A DNA stretch of 28,709 bases from a virus (Duplodnaviria > Caudoviricetes): the IMG/VR virus record IMGVR_UViG_3300023283_000003, positions 1 through 28,709 of that record, one strand, 5' to 3'. Position numbers and translations under genes: made by a program. Below the pieces are notes generated by a model. That model ran no database searches. It worked only from the letters and a program-made list of their open reading frames with translations, and was not told the origin of the DNA. How positions within the stretch are numbered: the stretch's first letter is position 1; each line of letters opens with the position of its first letter. This document shows positions 8,053 through 19,209 of the stretch, piece after piece.

Positions 8053-9811
8053 TGATTCGAGCCTCCACTAGCTCAAGAAGAGTGCCTGCTGCTTCAACGT
8101 AGTCTGTCTTGCCCTGAAGGTGGGCAAACTGCCGGACCACCTTGGAGAACTCATTGTTGGCACGGCGAATGCGTTCGCGGTCAACACTACCACGAGATCG
8201 ACGGTCATCGGTACCACGTCCGGGAGTGGATACGCGGCTGGCAGGGGAGCTGCCATCGTCGAAGACAAATTCGACATTGCCCGACTCCTTGTCGATGTTC
8301 ATATCGAGCAGGTTGAAGTCAACATCTCCCAGAATCTGGGTCATGGCGTCCGCCAACCCAATCTCGAAGGAAGCAAGAACCTCCTTAACGGGATCGGACA
8401 GCAGATCACCCTTGGCCTTAACAAGGTCAGCAAACCGCTTGTCAGCAAAAACATCGCCGAGCTTTGCCCAAGCGCTCGGGTTGCGGCGAAGGGCAGGGTC
8501 ACTGGCAATCTTCTCAAGGAACGGGCCAAACTTGTCCACAAACTCTCGTCGAGCAGCAGACCCCTCGTCGGCCTCAACCACGGTGCGGACAAACTGGGCC
8601 ACAGTGTCGAGCTGAGATTTTACCTCAAGTCCTTCCTCTGGTGCGCCACGGCTAGGTACTTCAAGCGGGCTAGACCCATCAGAAGTTCCGTTACGATCAT
8701 CCGACCAAACCTTGAGCACAGAAATAACCGTGTTTGAAATTTCACGGTTGAGAGCCACGTTACCAATCTGGCCAAAGCTATCGGCAAAGACCTCTAGCTC
8801 ACTGAATCCGGGAACACTGGAGTTAAGACCTCTCTCTGCCATTGCCTTACTTAGAGCGTTGCTGTTCTTGATAATGTCTAGGGTGTCACCACTGGTGAGC
8901 TGTTCAACGGCCTTGTCGAAAGGCCCAGTGAGCAGGCTGCGAAAGTCAGACACAGCACCGGGATTGTTCTGCGTGGCTAGATCAAACTCCTGCAAGGTAC
9001 GAGTACGTTCAGCTTGGAGTCGGGCAACGGCCTGAGCCTTAGCTTCAGGTGTATTGGCTTCCGACAAAATCTTGGAGATGTTGTCATGCACAATCGGCAG
9101 GTTGCTACGCAAGGCCTTCTGTGCAGCTTTACGGGCCGAAATCTCGTCTCCTGCCTTGATCTCCTTTAGACGATCCTGATCGGTGATAGCCTCTTGCTGC
9201 CGGGAAGCGATGTTGTCCCGACCCCAAGCAATGATAGCTGCGTTGCCCTGTTTGGCTACTTCAAAGGCTTCGTCTGCAAGGTCAGTGCCTGCCGCAGCTT
9301 CTATAAAGGCATTGGCAATGGCCGTCTGTCGCTGCTCGGCAAGGGTCTCTTCACTTACCTCTTCTTGCACACTGGCGTTGATGCGGCCTTGGTTCTGATT
9401 GGCCAGCGACAAGATTTCCTGTTCAAATCCGGGGTGCTTTTGGATCAGACGCTGAATGTTCAGCGCGCGTTGACGAGCAATGGTTGCAGCAGAGCGCGGA
9501 GACTGCCGAGCCTTGGCTTGGAGCTTGCCTTCAGTGGCCTGAATCTGAGAAGCAATATCCTGAAGAATCAGATTGCCTTCTTCATCCTCCACAACCTCAG
9601 CAGTACCGAGCCCAATAGAGGTAGTGCTCTCGATAGTGTCATTCAGGGCGCTGCTGCGCTTCTTGTTAGCTTGAAGCTCAGCAACCTTCTGACCTACACC
9701 AGCAGCTGCCTGAGCCAAGTCACCAATGAAAGAGCCTTGTACAGGCTGCTGAACTGTTCGGGTCGGCTGGAGCTGTACAGCCTGTTGTACTTCCCTAAGG
9801 TTTGTCGTCAT
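8045..9811 (-). CDS. internal virion (ejection) protein, putative
   Basis: 588 aa, Ala/Gln-rich helical; position after the tail genes; ATGA coupled. Confidence 0.65.
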   Translation of the reverse strand: MTTNLREVQQAVQLQPTRTVQQPVQGSFIGDLAQAAAGVGQKVAELQANKKRSSALNDTIESTTSIGLGTAEVVEDEEGNLILQDIASQIQATEGKLQAKARQSPRSAATIARQRALNIQRLIQKHPGFEQEILSLANQNQGRINASVQEEVSEETLAEQRQTAIANAFIEAAAGTDLADEAFEVAKQGNAAIIAWGRDNIASRQQEAITDQDRLKEIKAGDEISARKAAQKALRSNLPIVHDNISKILSEANTPEAKAQAVARLQAERTRTLQEFDLATQNNPGAVSDFRSLLTGPFDKAVEQLTSGDTLDIIKNSNALSKAMAERGLNSSVPGFSELEVFADSFGQIGNVALNREISNTVISVLKVWSDDRNGTSDGSSPLEVPSRGAPEEGLEVKSQLDTVAQFVRTVVEADEGSAARREFVDKFGPFLEKIASDPALRRNPSAWAKLGDVFADKRFADLVKAKGDLLSDPVKEVLASFEIGLADAMTQILGDVDFNLLDMNIDKESGNVEFVFDDGSSPASRVSTPGRGTDDRRSRGSVDRERIRRANNEFSKVVRQFAHLQGKTDYVEAAGTLLELVEARING

Positions 9812-12800
9812 TCTGGATCACCAGTGATAAGGTCTTGGAACACTTCACGAAACTCATTGCGTGCATCGGTTGTGGACTTGACATCCTCAATTAGCTTCTC
9901 GGAAGTTTGAGGGTCAAAGGGCAGGTTACGAAGCTCTTCTATATGGTCAACACCAATGCCAATGTTCCCCTCTTCTACCCGACGAATCAGCATGTCCCTG
10001 ATGCTCTCTATTCGAGTGGTACCAAGGGCATCAAGTTCACTGACCATTGTGTTGTAATAGGTCTGATACTGGTCCGGGTCGAGGATGGTGTGCCAGTGCT
10101 CCTGCTGCTCAGTGAGGAAGGTTTCTGTCTGCTCCCAAGAAATGGGGCCGAAGCCTGCCTGTGCCCGAAGCAAAGGGGTTACGATGTTGCGCGCATCATC
10201 CCTAGCCTGATTTTCGATGGCCGTAAATTTGTCCTCTTCCGTAGTCCCATCAAACTCCCCAAAGCGGTCGTCCAAAACCTGACGCATAGCAGCCTTGTCG
10301 CTCGGGTCAATGCCAGCAAGGGCAGCGATAGCGGCTCTCTTGTTAGCTTCGACCTCAGGACGGCCAGCAGAGTCGATGGTGAAGCCAAGGTTGTTGATGG
10401 CTATCGACTGGATCAAGCTGTTAGTCAGAGGAAACTTACGAGCTACTCTTTCGACTGTCAGCAACGCCTGCTCAGGTGGGCTCAGGTTTACCAAACCACC
10501 GTTGAGCATGAGCCCCATCTTAACCGCCTCCCCGACGCCACCAATCAAGCTGAGGGCCGGGCTGTCGAAATTGAAGTTGAGCCCTTGAGTCAAGGGGGCA
10601 GTGCTTAGCGTAGCAAAAGACTTTACCACGTTAGCCATCGTGTCAACATTCGACCCAAAGAAGTTGGCGGGGCCAAACTCTCCAGAGAAGGACATCTGCA
10701 CCGCCTCTTCTGGGTTAAGACCCATGTTGATAACGGCGTTAGCCATAAAGCCACCAATACCTTGGGCAACCAGCAGCTTAGCCTGATCCTTTGCAGCCGC
10801 GATTTCCGGATCATCCGAATCGGGGATTGTCTGATCTACCAGCTTGTTGGCAAGGGTGACAACACCCCAACCTTCCAGCCCGTAGATGGCCAGATTGATG
10901 GCCGACATGCGGACAAGCTCACCAGTAGTGAACACCTGATCCCCGCCGCTACGGCCACGGGTTACAAGGCGCTCAGCAGTGCTCAAAAGCCGTCCAGACA
11001 TCTTGATCTGGTGACTCAAGAACTGAGTGAACAGGGAAACAGTGCCGTGCTGAGTTACCAGAGTGTCGCTCGGGTTCTGGTTTAGCGTAAGATTAAAGGC
11101 TACATCGTCAATTTCGTTGAAGTCGTCACGAGTCTTAGGCTTCCGACCTTTCTGCTTGATGAACCGTTCTCTCGAAAGTAGCCAGCTGGTACGTATTTCA
11201 GAAGCGATAGCACTGTCAAAGCCAATAGACTTCATGAGGGTTGTGAATTTACTACCACCCTCTCTAACTGCATTGACAGACCGAGCACGGCGCTGCACGT
11301 CCTTAACGTCACCGAGCGCGAATATGTGATTGTCCAGCACCTGAAGCAGAGAGCTGTTCTCGAAATCCTCGATCAGGCTGATCGCGTCTTTACGCGTCAT
11401 GCCAAGAGATCGAGCCGTAGTCATGGCAATATTTCTACGGGCCTTCTGTGTTACCTCCCCTGATTGCAGGCCATCACCGGTGAGAACCATCATGTCTCTG
11501 AAATACCGACCCCCAAGGAAATAGGCAGGACCGCCCTCAACACCGAAGTAGAGAGGGATCATGGTACGCTGCATGATAGCCATACGAACAGGGTTCAGAG
11601 CCATGAAGGCATTGAAGGCAAGACCCTTTGCACCTCTGATGATGTTGTTGTCAAGCCCGCTGATCTGATTGGCAACAGCTCGGCCAACCCTGCGGACAAA
11701 CGGGATTCCTTCGCTCAAGCCAATGATGCCATCTGACACGCTGAGCAGAAAGCTGTTTACCTCAACCCCCGTTTGTGCAGGAGCAAGGCCATTCATCATT
11801 CGTGCATGAGCATGGATTTCAAGCGCCTCCTGAACCCGACGGTCGATGGGGTCTACACCCTCTTTCACTCGTGGCGTACGGCCTAGAGAAAACTTGGAAT
11901 CGAAGAGGTCGGAGTAGGTATTGTCCCACATGACCTCGACAGCACTGGTCCACTTGCGAATACCAGCAGTGTTGGCTGTCCGGCTAATCATTCTTTGCAG
12001 ACGCTCAGAAGGTGGGACAACCTGCACTTCACCTGTGTCAATGTCCTTGATGATCTCGTCCTTTCGGTGAGATGTCCTGAGCTGGTTGTTGAGGCGATAC
12101 TGCTCAGAGAAAGCTGGCAGGCTACTACCAACATCAGGTTGGATTTCATCAGCCCTACGAGGCTGGAACGTAACGTCAGGGTTGACAGCCCTCTGCCTGT
12201 CGATCCAGTCGTTGGCATGACGTGCTGTCGGGGCCGTGTGCCTTGTGACACGGGTGCCGTCCTGCAAAACTTCGTCGATGAATACAGGGGACTTGTAGAT
12301 TCGGGGTCCAAGGTAGCCCGGCCTCCAGCGAATGACGTGGGCAGGCAGGTCGTCGATGATGGGCTCTTTACCCAATGGGGCTCGGGCAAACCTTGCTCCT
12401 TCGGTGGTGGGCTCAGCAAGCTCGAACAGTGCAAACCTCTCTGGGTTTGACTTGCCAACGCTAATCCTGTTCTTGGTCAGGTCCAACACCTTAGCGTCTT
12501 CAGGAATCGGATTGCTCCGAGGTCGAAGGATAAGTTCGGAATTGTTATCCAGCTTAGTGATTCCGTAACCAAGTCCCTCAAGCTGGTCCCTCACGCCCTT
12601 GTTCTCAATGTGCCACGCTTTCCTTACCCCTTCTTGCAGAGAGAGGGCAGCCTGAAGCTGTTTGCCACGGCCCAGCCTTGCTTCCAGATCAGCAGCGCTT
12701 GGCTGTACACCCACTCGGCCCGTGTTCGGGTCCACCATGTTCTCAAACTCTTCCATGATGGACCAAACGTTGGCCTTCTGGTCTCCATTAAGACGGAAGA

Positions 12801-14643
12801 AGGGTTGCAAGGTCCGCTTCAAGAGTCTTTCAGTCTCAAGCCCGTTACGAAAAGCAACGTTGCCACCACGAATAAACTCCGCAGTGAACGCCTGAGACTT
12901 ACCCAAGAACCTGCGCCAGCGCCCCCCAACAGTGACACCCTCTAGCTTCACACTCTCAAGGTCACGAAGGCCAATAGGCTTCTGATCATCCAGCGCAATG
13001 AACCACTGGCCATTCTCACCCTTGACAGGAACGGCTCCCGACTCACGAAGCTCGTCACTCTTATTGATGACACGCTGAGCGCTGCTCTTCTGAGCAAACC
13101 CACCACCCTTGGCGTTACCAATGACAGTTTGGGAGTGGATACGCCCATCCTGAATCCAAACCTTGCTGTCATGGGGCCGGGAGCCCACCATTTCTACAAG
13201 CTCCTTCTCCCTCTGGTCTAAAATCTTAGACTTCTGAGAATCTGGGATGAAGGCAGACTCTACGACAGGGTGCTTGCCCGGAAGAGCTGCGGCATTCTGA
13301 GACTTGGGTACTACCAGAGAGCCAAACACTTCGTCTACCGTGGTACCCAATGCTTCAGTGGCATTGTCAGCATTTGGTCGGGTTGCTGCGGCCACCAGTC
13401 GTTCAGCCCCTCCCTTGGTTTGTCCAGTTTCGTCGGCTACTGACCCTGCCGGGATTTCAGGGGCAGGTGCGTTGTTTTTCTCCTTACTTTTGGAAGAGGG
13501 GAGCACGTCAGAAATGTCCTGAGCGGTAATCTCCGGAGAGTCGTCAACCCTTCGAGCGGCACGAAGCCCTGCCCGCACACGGGTAGAGATAGACCTAACT
13601 CCACGCAAGATTGGACCAAAGGCACTAGCTGCAAGACCACCGATTTCGATGGTAGCAAACAGGTTCTCAAGACCACTTACGGGGTCATTAAGATCAATGC
13701 CATCGAGCATGGTCAACAAAAGATCGCGCTTCTGCTGGTTTCCCTCAGTGAGAATACCAGCGCTATCAACCTCGTTAACGATCTTGTCCAAGAACTCTTG
13801 CGCCTGCTCAGGCTCAGCGCTTAGGATTGACTCTCTCACCGCCTGAATCTGGTCGGCAATCGTCAGGGTCTTTCCGGAACGGATGGCTGTATCAACTACG
13901 CTCCCATCGCCAAGCACTTCACTGGCAATCTCTGCCACACGGAAGTAGAAATCGGGGACGAGAAGCTGCTCTGCCTGATCGGGGGTGATGTTCTGACCAG
14001 CCTGAAAGGGACTGCCAGCACTGGCTGCAAACTTGATAAACTGGTCCATCGTCCAACCTTGAGGCAAGTCTTTGAGGACCTCCTCTCGGACCTGTTTAGC
14101 CAGCTTTCCATTCGCCAAGCGACGCTCACGGATGCTGGACATTCTTTCCCGGATTGTAGGTACTTCACTGTCGTCCAGAGGCTGGGAGAACCTTTCAAGG
14201 TCTTCCTGTGCTTCGGCTACAAACCGTACAACGTCCTCGTTGTCAAGCTCTCTGCCAAGATCACGGGCAGCTTCGAGCTTCTGGCTGGGGTCCAGTTCAT
14301 CGTTGAGAAGAATTTCATTCAGCTGGTTCTCAAGAAACTGGTCCTCAAGTTGAGCCTTCTTTTCCTCTCGTTCAGCATCACCAATGATGTTGGTCACGGC
14401 CTCGTTACGAAGCGTCGTCTCAACAGCAGAGTCAACCTGCTTCTGTTTACGAAGCCGCTTAAATTCGTTCGAGAGCAGGTCGTTGAAGCCCGGATCAAAG
14501 GCTGGCTGGTCAGAGCCGATCAAGTCATCAAGAAAGCCGGAATCAAGGCGTTCTGAATTAAGGTCAGGCGATTGGGTAAGCTGCCGTTCTCCGATGTTCT
14601 GAAACTCAGGACTATTCTGGAGCCGTCTTAGCTGATCTGTCAC
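9808..14643 (-). CDS. large internal virion (ejection) protein, putative
   Basis: 1611 aa, GTGA coupled; Gly-rich hydrophobic helices in the C-terminal third; podovirus synteny. Confidence 0.7.
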   Translation of the reverse strand: MTDQLRRLQNSPEFQNIGERQLTQSPDLNSERLDSGFLDDLIGSDQPAFDPGFNDLLSNEFKRLRKQKQVDSAVETTLRNEAVTNIIGDAEREEKKAQLEDQFLENQLNEILLNDELDPSQKLEAARDLGRELDNEDVVRFVAEAQEDLERFSQPLDDSEVPTIRERMSSIRERRLANGKLAKQVREEVLKDLPQGWTMDQFIKFAASAGSPFQAGQNITPDQAEQLLVPDFYFRVAEIASEVLGDGSVVDTAIRSGKTLTIADQIQAVRESILSAEPEQAQEFLDKIVNEVDSAGILTEGNQQKRDLLLTMLDGIDLNDPVSGLENLFATIEIGGLAASAFGPILRGVRSISTRVRAGLRAARRVDDSPEITAQDISDVLPSSKSKEKNNAPAPEIPAGSVADETGQTKGGAERLVAAATRPNADNATEALGTTVDEVFGSLVVPKSQNAAALPGKHPVVESAFIPDSQKSKILDQREKELVEMVGSRPHDSKVWIQDGRIHSQTVIGNAKGGGFAQKSSAQRVINKSDELRESGAVPVKGENGQWFIALDDQKPIGLRDLESVKLEGVTVGGRWRRFLGKSQAFTAEFIRGGNVAFRNGLETERLLKRTLQPFFRLNGDQKANVWSIMEEFENMVDPNTGRVGVQPSAADLEARLGRGKQLQAALSLQEGVRKAWHIENKGVRDQLEGLGYGITKLDNNSELILRPRSNPIPEDAKVLDLTKNRISVGKSNPERFALFELAEPTTEGARFARAPLGKEPIIDDLPAHVIRWRPGYLGPRIYKSPVFIDEVLQDGTRVTRHTAPTARHANDWIDRQRAVNPDVTFQPRRADEIQPDVGSSLPAFSEQYRLNNQLRTSHRKDEIIKDIDTGEVQVVPPSERLQRMISRTANTAGIRKWTSAVEVMWDNTYSDLFDSKFSLGRTPRVKEGVDPIDRRVQEALEIHAHARMMNGLAPAQTGVEVNSFLLSVSDGIIGLSEGIPFVRRVGRAVANQISGLDNNIIRGAKGLAFNAFMALNPVRMAIMQRTMIPLYFGVEGGPAYFLGGRYFRDMMVLTGDGLQSGEVTQKARRNIAMTTARSLGMTRKDAISLIEDFENSSLLQVLDNHIFALGDVKDVQRRARSVNAVREGGSKFTTLMKSIGFDSAIASEIRTSWLLSRERFIKQKGRKPKTRDDFNEIDDVAFNLTLNQNPSDTLVTQHGTVSLFTQFLSHQIKMSGRLLSTAERLVTRGRSGGDQVFTTGELVRMSAINLAIYGLEGWGVVTLANKLVDQTIPDSDDPEIAAAKDQAKLLVAQGIGGFMANAVINMGLNPEEAVQMSFSGEFGPANFFGSNVDTMANVVKSFATLSTAPLTQGLNFNFDSPALSLIGGVGEAVKMGLMLNGGLVNLSPPEQALLTVERVARKFPLTNSLIQSIAINNLGFTIDSAGRPEVEANKRAAIAALAGIDPSDKAAMRQVLDDRFGEFDGTTEEDKFTAIENQARDDARNIVTPLLRAQAGFGPISWEQTETFLTEQQEHWHTILDPDQYQTYYNTMVSELDALGTTRIESIRDMLIRRVEEGNIGIGVDHIEELRNLPFDPQTSEKLIEDVKSTTDARNEFREVFQDLITGDPE

Positions 14644-15053
14644 TGCTGACCACCTTGAGGGAAGGCCTGAGCTGCCGTACCAATAGCGCCAGCAATGCCA
14701 GCGTTGCGGGCTGTCCGATTGAGGATGTTTTGCTGGCGCTCCCGAATGCGGTCAATCTGGTTTGCAAACCCAATCTGATCGGCAGTAAGAGACTGTTGGG
14801 CACCGATGGCACCTTGAACACCTGTAGCTTGTGTAGCGGCACCACTAGCTTCACCACCACTTCCGGCGGCTGCGGCGTTCAAGGCCTGAGAACGAGCCCG
14901 GCGCTGTTGTCGCAGGGCAGCAACAGTTTGCTGACGTTTTTGGGCCTGTTCAGCACGACGTTGCTGTCGTGCAGCTTTCTTCTGACCGCGACGCTGGATA
15001 ACTCCTTGGGCTATACCGGCAACAGCCGTAATAGCAGATGCTGGATCAGGCAT
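14640..15053 (-). CDS. small internal virion protein (T7 gp14 / P22 gp7-like position)
   Basis: MPDPASAITAVAGIA... N-terminus, A/G/Q-rich; ATG 15053 with GGAG SD. Confidence 0.75.
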   Translation of the reverse strand: MPDPASAITAVAGIAQGVIQRRGQKKAARQQRRAEQAQKRQQTVAALRQQRRARSQALNAAAAGSGGEASGAATQATGVQGAIGAQQSLTADQIGFANQIDRIRERQQNILNRTARNAGIAGAIGTAAQAFPQGGQQ

Positions 15054-15054
15054 G

Positions 15055-15345
15055 TTATTCTCCGAATACAAATTCTGGTAGCTTTACGTCCCCTCCCCAA
15101 TAAGGGATTACGTCTTCATCAGTGGGAACAAAGCCTGTAGCAAGTGCTAGTTTGATAGTCTGAATACAAGGGGCGTAGCAGTATAAGCCGTTGAACTTCT
15201 CACTTAGGAATGCGAACACCTCAATAGCCTGTCGGACAGCTGTCTTGTCAAACTTTTTGATCTTGACATGGACGTATGCCTTCCCAGTGTCCTGTAGCTC
15301 AACGAAGTAGTCTACTCGTTCGGTTTCATGGATTAGTTCTGTCAT
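15055..15345 (-). CDS. putative minimal GNAT-fold protein (T7 gp13-like position)
   Basis: Directly after tail tubular B; IKLALATGF resembles the GNAT C-terminal motif. Confidence 0.55.
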   Translation of the reverse strand: MTELIHETERVDYFVELQDTGKAYVHVKIKKFDKTAVRQAIEVFAFLSEKFNGLYCYAPCIQTIKLALATGFVPTDEDVIPYWGGDVKLPEFVFGE

Positions 15346-18161
15346 GTCGTTCCCGCCGTGAATGGTACCGAGTAGCCAAGCAGCTTGAAGTCCTTACCGG
15401 GCTCTGATTCATACCGAAGATTCAATGCTCGACCTTTGCCACGGATTTTTAGTCGTGTGTAAATGACACCTTCACCCGTGTCTACAGTATCAGACAGTGA
15501 AGAAGGGGAGAAAGGTCTGCGGAGTCGGTAAGCGGTTTGTGGATTGCTCCACCTGTTTCCACTTCCAGTTCTGTGCCAGTCCCATTGGGCTTGAACTTTG
15601 CATCCAGAGGGCCGGATAAACTGGAGCTGGTCATCAACAATCTCAACACCTGTTTCTGTCTTCTCGAAGAAAGAATGAAGCCAAGTAGCCTGCTTAAACT
15701 GCTCAGGGGATTCCACTGTTTCATCCCCAGTGATGAGGAACGAAGTGTATGGCACCGGATCAAGAGCGAAGGTTGTGTCCACGAAGTCATGGAACAACAG
15801 GCTGCTGTATTCCACGAATGAAAACGTGTTTAGCAGGGAGTCACAGAAGATATGCTTGATTCCAACAAGGAAGTCATCGGCGTCTACCAATGCACCATCT
15901 TCTTCCGTGAAGACAGTGACAAGCTCGCCTCCCACCGTGACATCTTCCCCGTCAGCGACAACATTGCCACGAGACAAGGGGACAATACGAGTACGGCGGG
16001 GAAAAGACGGGCCAATACCCCTCACTAGGTTTTCATCTAGCTCGTGGCTGTACCTGTAGAAGGCACCAGTTCGTACGTCAAGTACCAGAACGCTGTCGTA
16101 GAAACTCTGAAGCTCTGTCGGCGTGTCCGTGTCTTTGGACGTGCTTCGGTAGTTCCAGTAGACCTTCCGAGAGCGGGGGTCGTAGGTACCCCAAGCATTC
16201 TGTCGAGCCCGTAGAGGCACGTTGCCAAAGAAGCTGGCGATGCGGCCTTCAGAAATTTCCGTAACTGTTGGAAGCGGTGCTTGGCCGAAGGTGACGGTGT
16301 AGATGCCATCTTCAGCCCAGAAGGTTACGGCATCCACGGCAGATACCACGTTGTCTCGGCCAACGGCCTTAGTAGAGGCCAGTTTGTCAACCGAAAAGCT
16401 ATCAGCAGCAAAATTCTCTTGACCACCACTAATGTACCAGACACCATTCGTCCCAAGTACGAGAACACCTGTTCCGAAGGGCTGGAGTTTGACAATCTTG
16501 CCCGCCTCAGGAATGTAGATTACACCGCCATCATCAGCAAGCAGTTCAGAGAAGTCCTCAGAGGTTGGATCGTTGGTCTGCTGGAACTCACTGGCATGGA
16601 TGGGCTTGGTAATAACACGGGAGAAGTAGATACCACCCGGCCTGCCGGGGTTGTCGTCTCCTGAGAGCCACAGACGGCCTGCAAAGAACGTTGCAGTGGT
16701 GAAGGCCCTCTGGGCTACCTCATTCTCTCCCGCAGCCGTGTAGCCGTTCTGTGGGCGGTCAGAAGGGAACGCATAAAGACCGTCTGAAACGTCAAACTGG
16801 CCAAACATGCTTATGTCGAAGTATTGACCCTGCCCCGAGAACTCAGTGAGGGCTGCAACACCGTTGATACCGTCTTCCCACTGGTCAATCGTCACCTGCT
16901 TGGTGGTAGACAAGCCCAAATCATCAATGATGATATTCACGGCTTTGCGAAGGTCGTGAGCCACGGCAAAACCTTCGCCCTTGTTCAACGCATTGTTGTC
17001 TACAGACCGGCTATCACCCCAGACGTACAGAGAAAAACCACTTTCACCGTCTACAGGCTCAGGTGTAGCAGATTCATAGCTGCCAAACCCACCAGCAAGG
17101 GCGTCTAGTTTGATCCGACCCTTAGGTGCAGGTGTATCACCCCAGTCGGTAAAGATGATCTCGTCTGCATTGATGTTGTTGCCGTCCCTACCGACAAACC
17201 AGACCATCGTGTTGCTGGGCAGCTTGCCATCTCGGACACGCTTGTATCGAATGATGTTGTGACGCGGCCAACCTTGGTTCAACAGGTTATACTGGTGCCT
17301 TGCAGCACCTGTGCCATCCATTCCGATACCGTTGATCGAAACCTTTCGGGCATTCAGACCACTCAGCGTCAGGTTTTCACTGACAGTAACAACATCGGGG
17401 ATGCCATTGAAGTCACGGATGGTGAGTTGTCCAATTCCACGCTCCCCGTCCTGTCCAACCATCTTGGCAACAACAGTACCAGTGCGAGGATTATTGCCGT
17501 TCGGCTGGAACTCAAGGTAGAACGGATAGTAGCAGTCTCCCACCATCCAGAGCCGACCAAAGCCCGAAGCGGAAGCCAGCTTACACATGGCCATGTCGGC
17601 AGCGTGTGCACGGTAGCCCATTGCTTCACGAGCTTTGCCCTTACCATTGATACCAGAACCCTCAAAGACATACTTCTCAAGGTCAATGATGGCTCTGGCG
17701 TTAGTTGTATCGTCGGAAGTACGGATGCCTTTGTCTAGCAGGTTGGACACAATTGCTTCATCGTCCCAGTCGAACAACAGGAGCCGGGCTCCAACCTGAA
17801 CAATAAGCAGGTTGAAATCCCCAACGTTGTTAACTGCACTCCAACCGTGGACAGTGACAGCAACGTCCTTAGCATCGACCTTGATGTCTTGAAGCAGCTT
17901 GGAAAACCCACCACCCGAGTCAACGATGTCAGAGAAGAAACCAAACTTGTCAGAATCAAAGAACGGGGAAAATTCCACGTTAGCAGACTCACCACCGTTC
18001 TCTCTCTGTAGTCCAAGCCTTCGACGAATACTACCCTTGACATCAATGTCACAGTTTTGGACATCACGAAGGGAGTTTTCCGGGTAGGTGAGACCAGTTG
18101 CCTCAGTAACCCACCCGTTCTGGAAGTTGCTTACCCTCTGTGTAGCCGAGGCCCTGGGCAT
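15342..18161 (-). CDS. tail tubular protein B / nozzle (T7 gp12, P22 gp10-like)
   Basis: NFxxGxVTEAT...PEN...RRRLGL N-terminus; FFAGRLW; KIRGKGRALNLRYES C-terminus; beta-rich 939 aa. Confidence 0.85.
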   Translation of the reverse strand: MPRASATQRVSNFQNGWVTEATGLTYPENSLRDVQNCDIDVKGSIRRRLGLQRENGGESANVEFSPFFDSDKFGFFSDIVDSGGGFSKLLQDIKVDAKDVAVTVHGWSAVNNVGDFNLLIVQVGARLLLFDWDDEAIVSNLLDKGIRTSDDTTNARAIIDLEKYVFEGSGINGKGKAREAMGYRAHAADMAMCKLASASGFGRLWMVGDCYYPFYLEFQPNGNNPRTGTVVAKMVGQDGERGIGQLTIRDFNGIPDVVTVSENLTLSGLNARKVSINGIGMDGTGAARHQYNLLNQGWPRHNIIRYKRVRDGKLPSNTMVWFVGRDGNNINADEIIFTDWGDTPAPKGRIKLDALAGGFGSYESATPEPVDGESGFSLYVWGDSRSVDNNALNKGEGFAVAHDLRKAVNIIIDDLGLSTTKQVTIDQWEDGINGVAALTEFSGQGQYFDISMFGQFDVSDGLYAFPSDRPQNGYTAAGENEVAQRAFTTATFFAGRLWLSGDDNPGRPGGIYFSRVITKPIHASEFQQTNDPTSEDFSELLADDGGVIYIPEAGKIVKLQPFGTGVLVLGTNGVWYISGGQENFAADSFSVDKLASTKAVGRDNVVSAVDAVTFWAEDGIYTVTFGQAPLPTVTEISEGRIASFFGNVPLRARQNAWGTYDPRSRKVYWNYRSTSKDTDTPTELQSFYDSVLVLDVRTGAFYRYSHELDENLVRGIGPSFPRRTRIVPLSRGNVVADGEDVTVGGELVTVFTEEDGALVDADDFLVGIKHIFCDSLLNTFSFVEYSSLLFHDFVDTTFALDPVPYTSFLITGDETVESPEQFKQATWLHSFFEKTETGVEIVDDQLQFIRPSGCKVQAQWDWHRTGSGNRWSNPQTAYRLRRPFSPSSLSDTVDTGEGVIYTRLKIRGKGRALNLRYESEPGKDFKLLGYSVPFTAGTT

Positions 18162-18475
18162 TATTCGGCCTTGGTCGTCGGCTCTTCAGCAGCCTTGGAT
18201 GCCTTCTCGGCCTTACGCTTTTCAAGCTGTTCCTTCAGCTTGGGGTCCATCTTGTCTCCAGTGTCTCGAACCTTCTCTTTCCACTCTTCCAGTTTTACAG
18301 TGACCTCAAGATAGGTAGTCAGTGCGTGAAGGGCCAAGCTGGCTCGGGTGTATTCACCACTAAGCTGCTTCGGTAGAGCACCTTCGGTAGCTTTGATAAA
18401 GAATCGCCGTCCATCGGGAGTACGGACTACTGTGTAGGTGGTATTCTTACCTTCAACGGTGTGAAGAACTTCCAT
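18161..18475 (-). CDS. hypothetical protein between the tail tubular genes
   Basis: TAATG coupled at both ends; GxLPxxLSGxYT motif. Confidence 0.75.
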   Translation of the reverse strand: MEVLHTVEGKNTTYTVVRTPDGRRFFIKATEGALPKQLSGEYTRASLALHALTTYLEVTVKLEEWKEKVRDTGDKMDPKLKEQLEKRKAEKASKAAEEPTTKAE

Positions 18476-19209
18476 TACTTCCTCCCAAAACGGTTGCGGA
18501 AAAAGCCGTCGGTTTGATCGACGGTCTTAGAGGGTCGGCGGTGTGCCTGTGCCAGCTGACGAAGCTCTCTCACTGCGTCAGGGGCACTGTCTTGCTGCTT
18601 GTAATACAAATGGGCGGCACGATTTAGAAAAGCCTGAAGGGCAGGCTCAAGGTGTGGCGGTACCAGAGGCTCGAAGGTGTCTGTAACCTGAAAACCGGGG
18701 ATAATACTCCCCCAAGTAGAGGCCTTAGTGCCCTGAATAAAAGACTCAACCTCACTTTCAAAGCTGTCAAGGACGATTTCAGTGTCATTGAAGCTAGCCC
18801 AGAACTCAGGGTGCTTGTCAGTTCGCACATTGACGTACACACCGGAAACAGCCTCCACTTCCTGACGACTGTCGCCAGTAGAAGACAGCCGCTCAATCAT
18901 TTCACACGGGTCAAGCTGTCGCAGCTCGGTAAACTTGTTGTCTAAAGCCCTACGATAGCGCACAGACTTGAGAATCTTTGTGTTAGGGTCAATCGTTAGG
19001 TGGGTGGGCTTCGTGGTGTCAGACAAGCTGGTCATTATGACGCCACGCTCCAACCATGGCCAGTCATCCCGATTCAGAAACTCGTAGTAAACTTCCTTCA
19101 GAAGCTCAGCAACCTGAATCGACTCTTCAGTGTCCCCAATGGCATCAATCTGGTCACTGTCCATAGTAGACAGTGTGTGCTGTACATACTCCAGCAGTGT
19201 CTTAGCCAT
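18475..19209 (-). CDS. tail tubular protein A / adaptor (T7 gp11-like)
   Basis: TLLEYVQxxLSxMDSDxxxxIxDTxESxQVA N-terminus; ends FGRK; synteny. Confidence 0.82.
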   Translation of the reverse strand: MAKTLLEYVQHTLSTMDSDQIDAIGDTEESIQVAELLKEVYYEFLNRDDWPWLERGVIMTSLSDTTKPTHLTIDPNTKILKSVRYRRALDNKFTELRQLDPCEMIERLSSTGDSRQEVEAVSGVYVNVRTDKHPEFWASFNDTEIVLDSFESEVESFIQGTKASTWGSIIPGFQVTDTFEPLVPPHLEPALQAFLNRAAHLYYKQQDSAPDAVRELRQLAQAHRRPSKTVDQTDGFFRNRFGRK